From NCBI GenBank assembly GCA_913043225.1, contig CAJWLU010000005.1, forward strand, positions 1-64,000: a DNA stretch of 64,000 bases. Reading direction: 5' to 3'. Below are positions 35,228-45,388 of this stretch, piece by piece. This stretch comes from an uncultured Acidobacteriota bacterium (GTDB lineage Bacteria; Acidobacteriota; Vicinamibacteria; Vicinamibacterales; UBA8438). How positions within the stretch are numbered: the stretch's first letter is position 1; every line of letters starts with the position of its first letter. The translations under genes and the position numbers were made by a program. Below the pieces are notes generated by a model. It was not told the DNA's origin, made no database searches, and saw only the letters and a program-made list of their open reading frames with translations.

Positions 35228-38017
35228 ATGTCGCCCCTCCTAATTCTGGGATTCGTCGCCCTCGTGCTTAACGCCGCCTATCTGGCCGCGGGGCCCGACG
35301 CGTCCCTCCTGTATTACTTCAATATTGCGTTGCACCCAGCCCTGGGACTCGGCCTGGGTGCGGCCGTGACCGTTCGGTGGCGCCGCGAGGGCGCCGCCGG
35401 CGCCCGTCTGACCCGCGTGGCACTCCTCGTGCTGGGAGTCGGGCTGCTGCTGGGTCTCGGCGTCCTCATCCTCGGCGCCGGACGGGCGCAGGCGCCACTC
35501 GTGCTGGCTCACGTCTCTATTTCGATCGTCGGCGCGGGCCTGCTCGGACTGGATCTGTGGCAGCGGGTCGCATCGCGCACGAGCCATCCCTGGGCGGTGC
35601 GCTCGGTACTGCTCCTCTGCGTAGCCGCGGGACTCATAGCGCCGGCGGTGGCCCGCAGCCGCGAGGCGACCTCGGCAGCCGGCTTCCGGATCGAGAATCC
35701 GACCCGCCCCCCAGCCACCATGACCGAGGAACCGGCCGCCCCGGACGGGCCATTCGCGCCGTCGTCAGCCACCACGACTACTAACAAGACGATCCCGTCG
35801 GATTTCTTCCTGACCAGCGAGTCCTGCGGCCGCTGCCATACCGATATTTACGAACAGTGGAACGAGTCCGCGCACCATTTCTCGTCGTTCAACAACCAGT
35901 GGTATCGGCGGTCGATCGAGTACATGCAGAGCGTCGTCGGCACCCAACCAGCCAAATGGTGCGCCGGCTGTCACGACCACGCGGTCTTCTTCAACGGTCA
36001 GATGGACCGCCCGGTCGAAGAGCTAATCGACAGTCCCGAGGCCCACGCAGGTCTCGGCTGTACGTCCTGTCATTCGGTAGTGCACGTGGGCAGCACCATG
36101 GGCCAGGGACACTTCACGATCGAGTACCCGCCGCTCCACGATCTGGCCACCAGCGACCAACCCCTTCTACGCTGGGCGCATGATCTGTTGCTACATCTGG
36201 CCCCGGCGCCCCACCGCGAAACCTTCCTAAAGCCGTTTCACACTGAGCAGAGCGCCGAGTTCTGCTCCAGCTGCCACAAAGTGCACCTGGACGTACCGGT
36301 CAACGACTACCGCTGGATCCGCGGCTTCAACGAATACGACAACTGGCAAGCGTCTGGCGTGTCCGGCCAGGGCGCGCGATCGTTCTACTACCCCGAGTCA
36401 CCACAGACCTGCCGGTCGTGCCACATGCCACTCGTGCGCTCGGACGATCCGGCCGCCGACGACGGCTTCGTCCGTTCACACCGATTCCCTGCCGCCAACA
36501 CAGCACTACCATACGTGAACGGTCACGACGAACAGCTCCGGATCGTCGAGGAATTCCTGCGAGCCAATCAGATCACAGTCGACGTATTTGCAATCACGCG
36601 CGCCACGGCCGCCACCCCTGCCCCGGTCTCGACCACCTCGGGTCAACCGGCGCTCTCCAGCACATTCGCCGTCGGCGAAGAGTCGTTTCAGGCCGGCCCT
36701 GGCTTCCCGATCGGACTGGGCCCGGAACCGGCAGAAGTCGTCGGTCCGCTCGGCGACGGGCCAGTCACGGTTCGCCGTGGTGAGTCGGTCCGGGTCGAAG
36801 TGGTTGTGCGCACTCGGAATGTCGGGCACTTCTTCCCTGGCGGCACCGTGGATGCGGTGGAAGCCTGGGTGGAGCTGGAGGCCGTCGATGAGACCGGCCG
36901 GGTACTCCTGCACAGTGGGGCGGTGGCCGAGGACGGTCGAGGACCAGTCGACCCAAGCGCACACTTCTACCGAAGTCTGCAGCTCGACGGCCACGGAAAC
37001 CCGATCAACAAGCGAAATGCATGGGCGACCCGCTCGGTGGCCTATGTCCGTCTGATCCCGCCCGGGGCGGCCGACACCGTACACTACCGGCTGGACATTC
37101 CGGAGGATGCCGGAGACGAGATCACCCTGCGCGCTAAGGTCAACTACCGCAAATTCGCCTGGTGGCTGACCCAATGGGCCTATGCCGGGGAACGTGACCC
37201 ATCCCAACCGCTCCCCGATGTCACCGCGGCCTATGACGACGGAGCATGGGTCTTCACGGGGGATACAAGCGGCGTCTCAGGCGCGATGAAATCGATCCCG
37301 GACATACCGATCACGGTCATGGCCGAAGACGATGCCACACTGTCGGTGGCCAACCCAGCGACCGCGTCCGAAACCTCCCCCACGACCGCCGAGGGGGACC
37401 TCCGCGCGAGGGGGCGCTGGAACGACTACGGCATCGGCCTGCTCCTCCAGGGCGACCTCCGGGGCGCGGAGTCGGCGTTCCGCGAGGTGATGCGCATCGA
37501 CCCAAGCTACCCGGACGGTCCGGTCAACGTGGCCCGCGCGCTCTTACAGCAGGGCGAGGTGGAGGACGCGGTGCCACTGCTCGAACAGGCGCTGGCACTC
37601 AAACCGGACCTTGCCCGGGCCCATTTCTTCATGGGCACCGCACGACGCAGCCTCGGTGAGTATGAGCAGGCCCTGGAGCATCTCCAGATCTCGGCAAACC
37701 AGTACCCGCGGGACCGGGTCGTACTCGGCCAGATCGGTCGTCTGCAGTTTCTGGAGCGGCGCTACGACGAGGCCATCGCCACCTTCCAGTCGGTGCTATC
37801 GATCGACCCAGAGGACCTAGATGCGCACTACAATCTGATGTTGTCGCACCAGGGGGCTGGGAATCAGGAAGAGGCCGCGCGCGAGCGAGCACTCTACGAG
37901 CGGTTCAAGGCGGACGAATCGTCGCAGGCGATCACGGGTGACTTGCGACGCACCTCCCCGGAAGACAACAACGAACGGCAGGCGGTCCACGAGCACCGCC
38001 ACTTAACCACCCCCTGA
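35228..38017 (+). CDS. Membrane-anchored pentaheme cytochrome c with C-terminal TPR repeats
   Basis: N-terminal transmembrane helices; CGRCH, CAGCH, CTSCH, CSSCH, CRSCH; GHFFPGG; TPR-like repeats. Confidence 0.85.
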   Translation: MSPLLILGFVALVLNAAYLAAGPDASLLYYFNIALHPALGLGLGAAVTVRWRREGAAGARLTRVALLVLGVGLLLGLGVLILGAGRAQAPLVLAHVSISIVGAGLLGLDLWQRVASRTSHPWAVRSVLLLCVAAGLIAPAVARSREATSAAGFRIENPTRPPATMTEEPAAPDGPFAPSSATTTTNKTIPSDFFLTSESCGRCHTDIYEQWNESAHHFSSFNNQWYRRSIEYMQSVVGTQPAKWCAGCHDHAVFFNGQMDRPVEELIDSPEAHAGLGCTSCHSVVHVGSTMGQGHFTIEYPPLHDLATSDQPLLRWAHDLLLHLAPAPHRETFLKPFHTEQSAEFCSSCHKVHLDVPVNDYRWIRGFNEYDNWQASGVSGQGARSFYYPESPQTCRSCHMPLVRSDDPAADDGFVRSHRFPAANTALPYVNGHDEQLRIVEEFLRANQITVDVFAITRATAATPAPVSTTSGQPALSSTFAVGEESFQAGPGFPIGLGPEPAEVVGPLGDGPVTVRRGESVRVEVVVRTRNVGHFFPGGTVDAVEAWVELEAVDETGRVLLHSGAVAEDGRGPVDPSAHFYRSLQLDGHGNPINKRNAWATRSVAYVRLIPPGAADTVHYRLDIPEDAGDEITLRAKVNYRKFAWWLTQWAYAGERDPSQPLPDVTAAYDDGAWVFTGDTSGVSGAMKSIPDIPITVMAEDDATLSVANPATASETSPTTAEGDLRARGRWNDYGIGLLLQGDLRGAESAFREVMRIDPSYPDGPVNVARALLQQGEVEDAVPLLEQALALKPDLARAHFFMGTARRSLGEYEQALEHLQISANQYPRDRVVLGQIGRLQFLERRYDEAIATFQSVLSIDPEDLDAHYNLMLSHQGAGNQEEAARERALYERFKADESSQAITGDLRRTSPEDNNERQAVHEHRHLTTP

Positions 38018-38032
38018 CCGGATCGCGGCACC

Positions 38033-39709
38033 ATGCTCCGACCCGCGCTGTTTACCGTAGCCCTCTCTGTCGGCTTCGTCGCGAGCCTCCCGGCCGCGGT
38101 CACCCTTACACTGACCGACGTCACCGCCGGTGCCGGGATCGAGTTCGACCACACCACTGGAGCATTCGGCGAGAAGTACATGCCGGAGACGTTCGGGGCC
38201 GGGGTGCTCTGGCTCGACATCGACGGCGACGGTTGGCAGGACCTGCTGTTCCTGAACGGCACCCCCTGGCCTGGTCGCCCCGAGTCGGCGACCCATCCAG
38301 TGCTCTATCGAAACCTTGGCGACGGCACCTTCAAGGACGTGACCGCGGGCTCCGGGCTAGAGGTCCCACTCTACGGGATGGGCGGAGCGGCCGCCGACTA
38401 CGACAACGACGGAGACGTCGACGTCTACCTGACTGCGCTCGGCCCCAACCGCTTGCTCCGCGGAAACGGCGACGGTACGTTCGTGGACGCGACCGACGAA
38501 GCGGCGGTGGGCGCCCCCGGCTTCTCGACGAGCGCCCTGTGGATCGACTATGACCAGGATGGCCACCTGGACCTGTTCGTCGGAAACTATGTGGAGTGGA
38601 CGCCCGAAACGGATCTGTTCTGCACCACTGCCGGTGGCGACGCCAAGTCCTACTGCACGCCCGAGTCCTACCAGGGCCAGAGCTCGAGGCTGTTCCGCAG
38701 CCTGGGCAACGGAACCTTCGAAGACGTCACCACCGCCGCCGGCATCCGCGCCCCGTCAGGGAAGGCGCTCGGCGTCGCCATGCTGGACTTCGACGACGAC
38801 GGCTGGCTGGACCTGTTCGTCGCCAACGACACGCAGCCAGACCAACTCTTCCGAAACGCCGGCGACGGCACCTTTGAGGATGTCGGCATGCTCGCCGGCG
38901 TCGCCGTCAGCGACACCGGGGTGGCGCGGGCGGGTATGGGGGTAGATGCGGCCGACTATGATCGCTCGGGGCGCCCGCATCTGGTAATCGGTCATTTCTC
39001 CGGCCAGATGATGGCCGTCTATCACAACGAGGGCAGCGGTCTCTTCATCGACGACGCGCCCCGGTCGGCCGTGGGCCGAGCTACCCTACCAACCCTGACC
39101 TTCGGCTGCTTCTTCTTCGACGTCGACCTAGACGGCTGGCTGGACATCTTCGCTGCCAACGGCCATCTCGACGACCAGGTTGAGCTCGTGCAGTCGCGGG
39201 TGAACTACGCCCAGCAGCCGCAACTCTTCCACAATCTCGGAGACGGACGCTTCGAAGAGGTCGGTCCCGATGGCTCTGGCCTCGAGACACCCCTTGTGGG
39301 ACGCGGCGCTGCGTATGCCGACTACGACCGTGATGGCGACCTCGACGTGGTGATCACCGCAAACGGCGGGCCGGCGCGTCTACTGCGCAACGACGGCGGC
39401 AATGCCAATCAACTACTCAGGATCCAGGTCGAAGGCACCGACTCAAACAGAGACGGCATCGGCACCCGGATCGAGGTCGCTACTGACGGCGCCCCGCAGT
39501 GGCGCCTGGTCAAGACCGGGTCCAGCTATCTGTCTCAAAGTGAACTTCCGGTTACATTCGGCTTGGGGTCGGCCCAACGCGCCACGGTACGGGTTGTCTG
39601 GCCGGACGGCGACGTGGACAACTTGGGAGAGGTTGACGCCGGCCAGCAGCTGACGGTGGTGGAGGGCGCCGGCGTACGAAACGCCACGCCCATCAGCCCG
39701 GCTCCGTGA
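38033..39709 (+). CDS. CRTAC1-family protein (FG-GAP/VCBS repeats plus ASPIC/UnbV domain)
   Basis: Repeated DxDxDGxxD motifs; SNRDGIGTRI, GSSYLSQ, FGLG, VWPDG. Confidence 0.9.
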   Translation: MLRPALFTVALSVGFVASLPAAVTLTLTDVTAGAGIEFDHTTGAFGEKYMPETFGAGVLWLDIDGDGWQDLLFLNGTPWPGRPESATHPVLYRNLGDGTFKDVTAGSGLEVPLYGMGGAAADYDNDGDVDVYLTALGPNRLLRGNGDGTFVDATDEAAVGAPGFSTSALWIDYDQDGHLDLFVGNYVEWTPETDLFCTTAGGDAKSYCTPESYQGQSSRLFRSLGNGTFEDVTTAAGIRAPSGKALGVAMLDFDDDGWLDLFVANDTQPDQLFRNAGDGTFEDVGMLAGVAVSDTGVARAGMGVDAADYDRSGRPHLVIGHFSGQMMAVYHNEGSGLFIDDAPRSAVGRATLPTLTFGCFFFDVDLDGWLDIFAANGHLDDQVELVQSRVNYAQQPQLFHNLGDGRFEEVGPDGSGLETPLVGRGAAYADYDRDGDLDVVITANGGPARLLRNDGGNANQLLRIQVEGTDSNRDGIGTRIEVATDGAPQWRLVKTGSSYLSQSELPVTFGLGSAQRATVRVVWPDGDVDNLGEVDAGQQLTVVEGAGVRNATPISPAP

Positions 39710-40911
39710 TGCGAGGCGCCCCGAACCTCCCTCTTCTCCTGCTCCTTCTCGTCCTCTGTACGCCCCTCGACGCGCAGCGCGACCTGGCAGAACTCCGCAG
39801 CCGAGCCGAAACCGGAGACGCTGCGGCCCAATTCAATCTTGGACGGCTACACGTCACCGGCAGCGGCGTGCCGCAAGATGACCATGAAGCCGCGCGCTGG
39901 TACCACCTTGCCGCGGAGCAGGGATACGCCCCCGCCCAGCACGGTCTAGGTCTCCGCTACGACGCCGGTCTCGGCGTCGAGGAGAACGATGCCGAGGCAG
40001 TGCGGTGGTATCGTGCAGCGGCCGACCAAGGCCACTGGGAGGCTCAATTCCGCCTGGGTCGGATGTATGCCCGCGGCACCGGAGTGGCCCGAGACGACAC
40101 CCAGGCGGTGGTCTGGTACGAGCACTCGGCCAACCAAGGCCACGCCGAAGCGCAGTTCAATCTCGGCCAGATGCACTTCAACGGCCGGGGCGTCCCGCTC
40201 AATCGGATAGAAGCCGCCCGGTGGGTGGAGCTTGCCGCCCGGCAAGGCAATCCCCTCGCCCAGGTCACCCTGGCCAGTATGTTCGAGCACGGCGTGGGCA
40301 TCGATCAGGACCCCGCGATCGCGGCCCGCTGGTATCGCGCAGCCGCCAACCAGGGCGATCCCTCGGCGCAGGTCACCTTGGGCTATCTCTACGACTCGGG
40401 CATCGGCGTCGCAGAGGACGACGTCGAGGCGGTTAGATGGATCCGGCGGGCGGCTGAGCAAGACGACCCGGAGGCGCAATTCGCCCTCGGGAACATGTAC
40501 TTCAACGGCCGGGGTGTAGCGCGCGATATCCCCGAGGCGATCCGCTGGATGCGTAAGGCCGCCGACCAGGGGTTCGTCCGGGCCCAGGTAAACCTCGGGC
40601 TGAGCTACGACGGCGGCATCGGCGTGGCCCGGGAGGCGGCCGAGGCAGCTCGCTGGTTCACTCGAGCCGCCGTTCAGGGCGACCCCGGTGCGCAGCAGAG
40701 TCTCGGGGTGATGTACGCCAACGGTGACGGCGTGCCGCAGGACCTCGTGCGGGCCCACACCTGGCTCAGTCTCGCGGCCGCCGGAGCCACCGGCGAAGCC
40801 CGCAGCAGCGCCCTGCAGGGACTCCAGGTCATCGAGGCGCGTCTGTCGCCTGCCGAGCGCGCGGAAGCCGACGCCCGACGGGAGGCGTTTCTCCCCACAC
40901 CCGAACGGTGA
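39706..40911 (+). CDS. Secreted Sel1-repeat protein
   Basis: About nine AQxxLGxxYxxGxGVxxD...WY..AA.QG repeats. Confidence 0.92.
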   Translation: MMRGAPNLPLLLLLLVLCTPLDAQRDLAELRSRAETGDAAAQFNLGRLHVTGSGVPQDDHEAARWYHLAAEQGYAPAQHGLGLRYDAGLGVEENDAEAVRWYRAAADQGHWEAQFRLGRMYARGTGVARDDTQAVVWYEHSANQGHAEAQFNLGQMHFNGRGVPLNRIEAARWVELAARQGNPLAQVTLASMFEHGVGIDQDPAIAARWYRAAANQGDPSAQVTLGYLYDSGIGVAEDDVEAVRWIRRAAEQDDPEAQFALGNMYFNGRGVARDIPEAIRWMRKAADQGFVRAQVNLGLSYDGGIGVAREAAEAARWFTRAAVQGDPGAQQSLGVMYANGDGVPQDLVRAHTWLSLAAAGATGEARSSALQGLQVIEARLSPAERAEADARREAFLPTPER

Positions 40912-40976
40912 ACGCCCGTGCCTGGAGTCCATCGGTCGGTTGCATCTGGGCAAGCCCCACGCTACGCTCAGCGATC

Positions 40977-41969
40977 ATGATGAGACCCAACCAGTTCGTC
41001 TTGTTGACATTTGCGCTCCTCATCGCGGCACCGGCCGCCGCCCAGGATGACGTGCGAATGCGTCGTCCGCACGGAGACCCGGACATCTCGGGTACGTTCA
41101 CGTTCCGTACGCTGACGCCGTTCCAGCGCCCGGAGCAGTTCGCCGAACTCGAGACGCTGGACGCCGAGACCGCAGCCTCCTTCGAAGCCTCGGAACGCAC
41201 TCGACAGAACCGGGACCTGTTCGACCCCGAGTCGGGTGCCCGGAGCGCTGGCTATCAGCCTCGCGCGGAGGGAGGTGTGCTCTCCTACAACGAGTTCTGG
41301 TATGAGCGAGGCGTCGACCTGACTGACGACAAACGGACCTCCTTGGTCATCGATCCACCCAACGGCCGCCTACCGGCCCGTGTGCAGCGGACGCGCAACA
41401 TGCACATGCCAAACCCCACCCGTGAGGAGCGGAACGCGGCCCGCTACAACTCCTATGAGAGCCGTCACCTCTTCGACCGTTGCATCATGGGCTTCAACGC
41501 GGGTCCACCGATGTCGTCGGGTGCGTACAACAACAACGTGATGATCTTCCAGACGCCGGACCACGTGGTCATTCTCAATGAGATGGTGCACAACGCGCGC
41601 ATCATTCCAATCGACCGCGAGTATCACAAACCGCCGTTCAAGCAGTTCTCCGGCGTGTCCCGCGGTCACTGGGAGGGTGCGACCTTCGTCATCGAGACCA
41701 CCAACTTCCGGGGTGGCGAGAGCCGGGGCACGAGCCCGAACAAACACCTCGTCGAGCGAATCACGCGCATCAACGGCGACCGGGTAACCTACGAGTACAC
41801 GGTCACCGACCCGACCGTGTATACCGCTCCATTCACGGTCATGATGCCGTTCCGCCGCACCGATGGACCGCTCTTCGAGTACGCCTGTCATGAGGGAAAC
41901 ATCGGACTGCACGGGATCCTCGCCGGCGCGCGGAAGCTCGAGCTCGAGGGCCGCGAGCTTCGTCCATGA
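40977..41969 (+). CDS. Secreted uncharacterised protein, EYACHEGN family paralog 4
   Basis: GDPDISGTF, DRCIMG, NEMVH, FEYACHEGNI. Confidence 0.8.
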   Translation: MMRPNQFVLLTFALLIAAPAAAQDDVRMRRPHGDPDISGTFTFRTLTPFQRPEQFAELETLDAETAASFEASERTRQNRDLFDPESGARSAGYQPRAEGGVLSYNEFWYERGVDLTDDKRTSLVIDPPNGRLPARVQRTRNMHMPNPTREERNAARYNSYESRHLFDRCIMGFNAGPPMSSGAYNNNVMIFQTPDHVVILNEMVHNARIIPIDREYHKPPFKQFSGVSRGHWEGATFVIETTNFRGGESRGTSPNKHLVERITRINGDRVTYEYTVTDPTVYTAPFTVMMPFRRTDGPLFEYACHEGNIGLHGILAGARKLELEGRELRP

Positions 41970-42056
41970 CTAGCCGTCAGAGCGGTGCTCCCCTCTGACG
42001 AGCTTACGGACACCCGCGACGTCTCTTTCCGCGCGAGTGCCTTTAAGGAGGACGTG

Positions 42057-43337
42057 ATGTCGCATCGATCCGCTCGGCGTACGCTGCTCTGTGTCGCCCT
42101 CTTACCGCTTTTGATGGCGGCCGCCTGTGGCGGAACTCCGCCGGCAGAACCTGAGCCGGCCGCCACCGACGCCATCGCCTACGAGGGAGCTCGGATTATC
42201 GTCGGGGACGGTACGGTGCTCGATAGCGGCACGCTTCTGGTCGAGGAGGACCGGCTTCTGGCGGTCGGCCCCTCCAATACGGTGACGGTGCCCGACGGCG
42301 CCGAACGGGTCGACCTCTCCGGACGGACGGTCATGCCGGCCATCATCGACACCCATGTTCATCTGCGGGAGGACGAGCGCGAGCCACTCATCGAAGACTT
42401 GCAACGCAAGGCCTACTACGGTGTAGGTGCGGTGCTCAGCCTGGGACGTGGCGTCAGTAACGTCGCGTTCGATCTTCAATCGAACCCAGTCGGAGGCGCC
42501 GCCGACTATCACACTGTCGGCCGCGGCATCACGGCCCCCGAGCCCGGACGTACGGAGGTCCCGAGCTGGATCACGACCGAAGAGGAAGCGCGCGCGGCGG
42601 TGCGTGAGCTCGGCACGCAGGACGTCGAGATGGTGAAGATCTGGGTTGATGATCGGGGCGATCAGTTCGACAAGCTCACGCCTGAGCTCTATGGCGCCGT
42701 CATCGACGAAGCGCACATTCAGGGGCTGAAAGTAACCGCCCACGTCTACAGCCTAGAAGACGCCAAAGGGCTGCTCGAAGCAGGGATCGACGCGTTCGCG
42801 CACGGCATTCGAGACATGGACGTCGACGAGGATGTCTTAGCGATGTTCGAGGATCGTCCCCACGTCGTGCTGGTCCCAAATCTCCCCGGCGCCGGGGTAG
42901 CCACCGACCTCGGCTGGATAAGCGGAACCATTCCCGCGGATCAGCTTGACGAAATGCAGGCTCGATCGGTAGACCAGCCCGACGCCCAGGAGGCGTTCGG
43001 CATCCAGGCCCGCAACCTGACCCGCCTGAACGAGGCGGGTGTCACCATCGCCTTTGGCACCGATGGCGGAGCCGGCTGGAGCCCGCATGCCGAGATGGAA
43101 GATATGGTGCGCGCTGGGATGTCACCCGCGGAAGTGCTGGTAGCGGCCACCGCCAACTCCGCGAATCTGCTCGGTCTCGACGATCAGGGAACCCTGCAGC
43201 CTGGCAAGCGAGCCGACTTCGTCGTGCTCGAGGCGAACCCGCTCGACGACATCACCAACACCCGCTCGATCGTGGATGTCTATCTGCGGGGCGAAGCGCT
43301 GGACCGTGCCGCACTCAGCGCGGCTTGGGTCAACTAG
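42057..43337 (+). CDS. Amidohydrolase-family lipoprotein
   Basis: ATG after AGGAGG; AAAC lipobox; IDTHVH, TAH, FAHG, FGTD, PGKRADFVVL. Confidence 0.88.
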   Translation: MSHRSARRTLLCVALLPLLMAAACGGTPPAEPEPAATDAIAYEGARIIVGDGTVLDSGTLLVEEDRLLAVGPSNTVTVPDGAERVDLSGRTVMPAIIDTHVHLREDEREPLIEDLQRKAYYGVGAVLSLGRGVSNVAFDLQSNPVGGAADYHTVGRGITAPEPGRTEVPSWITTEEEARAAVRELGTQDVEMVKIWVDDRGDQFDKLTPELYGAVIDEAHIQGLKVTAHVYSLEDAKGLLEAGIDAFAHGIRDMDVDEDVLAMFEDRPHVVLVPNLPGAGVATDLGWISGTIPADQLDEMQARSVDQPDAQEAFGIQARNLTRLNEAGVTIAFGTDGGAGWSPHAEMEDMVRAGMSPAEVLVAATANSANLLGLDDQGTLQPGKRADFVVLEANPLDDITNTRSIVDVYLRGEALDRAALSAAWVN

Positions 43338-43343
43338 CGCACG

Positions 43344-44165
43344 CTACCGAGCGCCTTCGTACGCATCGAGCCCCTCGGTGAGTTCGACGCGGACGCCCGA
43401 TGGGTCGGTGAGGAACGCGACCTTCAGCCCCAATTCGTCGAGCTCGGTATAGTCGCGGTCAAGGGTCACGCCCTTCGCCTTGAGCGACTCAACCACGGCG
43501 CGCAGATCGTCGACCTCGAAGCCGACGTGATCGATCGCGCGACCCTCGCTGGGAGCGTGCTCACCCTGGGTGTTCCCAAAGCTCAGGTTCATCCCCGGCA
43601 CGTTCGCTGTCGTCTCGATTCGGCCGCGGGGCAGCCGCTCGAGCCCGAACATCTCGCCGTACCAGTCGAGCACCTCGTCGAACTGGGGCGTGAACCAGTG
43701 CACGTGGTAGGCTTCGACCTCCACCGGCAGCATTTGGTCTTCCTGTAGCTCGACCCGCACGCCGTCAGGGAGCGTCACATAGGCGTTGTGATGCCCCTCC
43801 GCCCCAGTGAACTCCGAATCCACCGTGTAGCCAGCGGCCTTCCACCGCTCGAGCCACGCCTCGGTGTTCCGCACTTTGACCCCGTAGTGATCCATCACCG
43901 ACCCCTGTGAGCCGCCAGTCGGGGTCTGCTCGGTAAAGGCGATCAAGGTCCCCGGCGTCCACACCCCTCGCAGCCGTCCTCTCCGGAATGGCGTCGCATC
44001 GAAGTGTTCCACCCAGATGCGCTCGTGCTCGTCGATATCGGACACGTTGAAGTGCACATGCCCGTAGACGATACCGGCGTCATCGGGGACGGCCAGTTGA
44101 GCCCAGGCTGGCGTTCCAAGCGCCAGCGCGATAACGGCGGCCAACCACGGCTTGATGCTGAGCAC
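43344..44165 (-). CDS. Secreted VOC/glyoxalase-family protein (two domains)
   Basis: GTG 44165 after AAGGAGG; GHVHF, DHYG, YHVHW, DHVGFEV, DPSGVRVEL. Confidence 0.82.
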   Translation of the reverse strand: MLSIKPWLAAVIALALGTPAWAQLAVPDDAGIVYGHVHFNVSDIDEHERIWVEHFDATPFRRGRLRGVWTPGTLIAFTEQTPTGGSQGSVMDHYGVKVRNTEAWLERWKAAGYTVDSEFTGAEGHHNAYVTLPDGVRVELQEDQMLPVEVEAYHVHWFTPQFDEVLDWYGEMFGLERLPRGRIETTANVPGMNLSFGNTQGEHAPSEGRAIDHVGFEVDDLRAVVESLKAKGVTLDRDYTELDELGLKVAFLTDPSGVRVELTEGLDAYEGAR

Positions 44166-44236
44166 GTTCCCGTCCTCCTTGGTCAGACTTGATAGGGGCG
44201 TTAAGGCAGCTAGTAGTGTATCTTGCGACGACAGCG

Positions 44237-45361
44237 ATGCAACGAGTCTTGATCGTCCTCGGCGGCGCCCTCCTAGCATTGACCGCCTGCAGTCCCGCCC
44301 CGTCCTCGAGCGCCACCGAGACACTCCCTGCGGGTTTACCCGAGCCTGAGGACTCCGGCTCGCCCCGGTTCCGTGTCGACCCGTTCTGGGCCCGCGAGCT
44401 GCCGAACGATTGGATCCTCGGACAGGTCTCCGGCATCGACGTCGACGACCAGGACCATGTCTGGGTACTCCATCGTCCGCAGACTCTCGACGAGCGACAG
44501 CGCGGCGAGGAAGGCATGTGTTGTGTGGCGGCCCCACCCGTCATTGAACTCGACCCGGACGGAAACGTCGTGGGAGCCTGGGGCGGCCCCGGGGTGGGGT
44601 ACGACTGGCCGGAGAGCGAACACGGCATCCACGCCGACGACACGGGCCATATTTGGATCGGGGGCAACGGCGCCCGTGACGCGCACATCCTCAAGTTCGA
44701 GCGCGACGGAACCTTTCTGCTTCAGATTGGCGAACCAGGGGCGAGCCGCGGCAGCAACGACACCGAGAACCTGGGCAGGCCGGCGGGGATCCGGGTCGAT
44801 CCGGCAACGAACGAGGTCTATGTGGCCGATGGCTACGGCAACCGGCGGGTCATCGTCTTCGATGCCGACACGGGCGAGTACCGCCGGCACTGGGGTGCCT
44901 ACGGCGAGCCACCCGACGACGTCGAGCTACTGCCGTATGACCCTGCGGCCGAACCGATTCGCCACTATCGAAGTCCGGTGCACGATGTCGCCATCGCCGA
45001 CGACGGGCTCGTCTATGTGGCTGACCGGACGAACAATCGAATTCAAGTGTTCCAGAAGGACGGGACCTTCATCACCGAATCGTGGATCCATCCCGAAACC
45101 CTCGGTAGCGGGAGCACCTCAGGGGTCGCACTCTCTAAGGACCCTAACCAACAGTGGCTGTTCGTGCCCGACGGGACCAACAACGTGATCTGGGTCGTCG
45201 ACCGCACCACTCTCGAAGTACGCGACAACATCGGGCGACTAGGCAAGCGCGCCGGTCAGTTCTATCGCCTCCACAACGTAGCCGTCGACTCGCGCGGCAA
45301 CCTGTACACCACCGAGGTCAATGTCGGGCAACGGTTCCAGAAATTCAACCGCCTGCCCTGA
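44237..45361 (+). CDS. NHL-repeat lipoprotein (PAL-like)
   Basis: LTAC lipobox; SEHGI, YVADGYGNRRV, PVHDV, YVADRTNNRIQVF, LHNV. Confidence 0.82.
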   Translation: MQRVLIVLGGALLALTACSPAPSSSATETLPAGLPEPEDSGSPRFRVDPFWARELPNDWILGQVSGIDVDDQDHVWVLHRPQTLDERQRGEEGMCCVAAPPVIELDPDGNVVGAWGGPGVGYDWPESEHGIHADDTGHIWIGGNGARDAHILKFERDGTFLLQIGEPGASRGSNDTENLGRPAGIRVDPATNEVYVADGYGNRRVIVFDADTGEYRRHWGAYGEPPDDVELLPYDPAAEPIRHYRSPVHDVAIADDGLVYVADRTNNRIQVFQKDGTFITESWIHPETLGSGSTSGVALSKDPNQQWLFVPDGTNNVIWVVDRTTLEVRDNIGRLGKRAGQFYRLHNVAVDSRGNLYTTEVNVGQRFQKFNRLP

Positions 45362-45388
45362 TTGAGCCTGCAGATGCATTACCAATAG

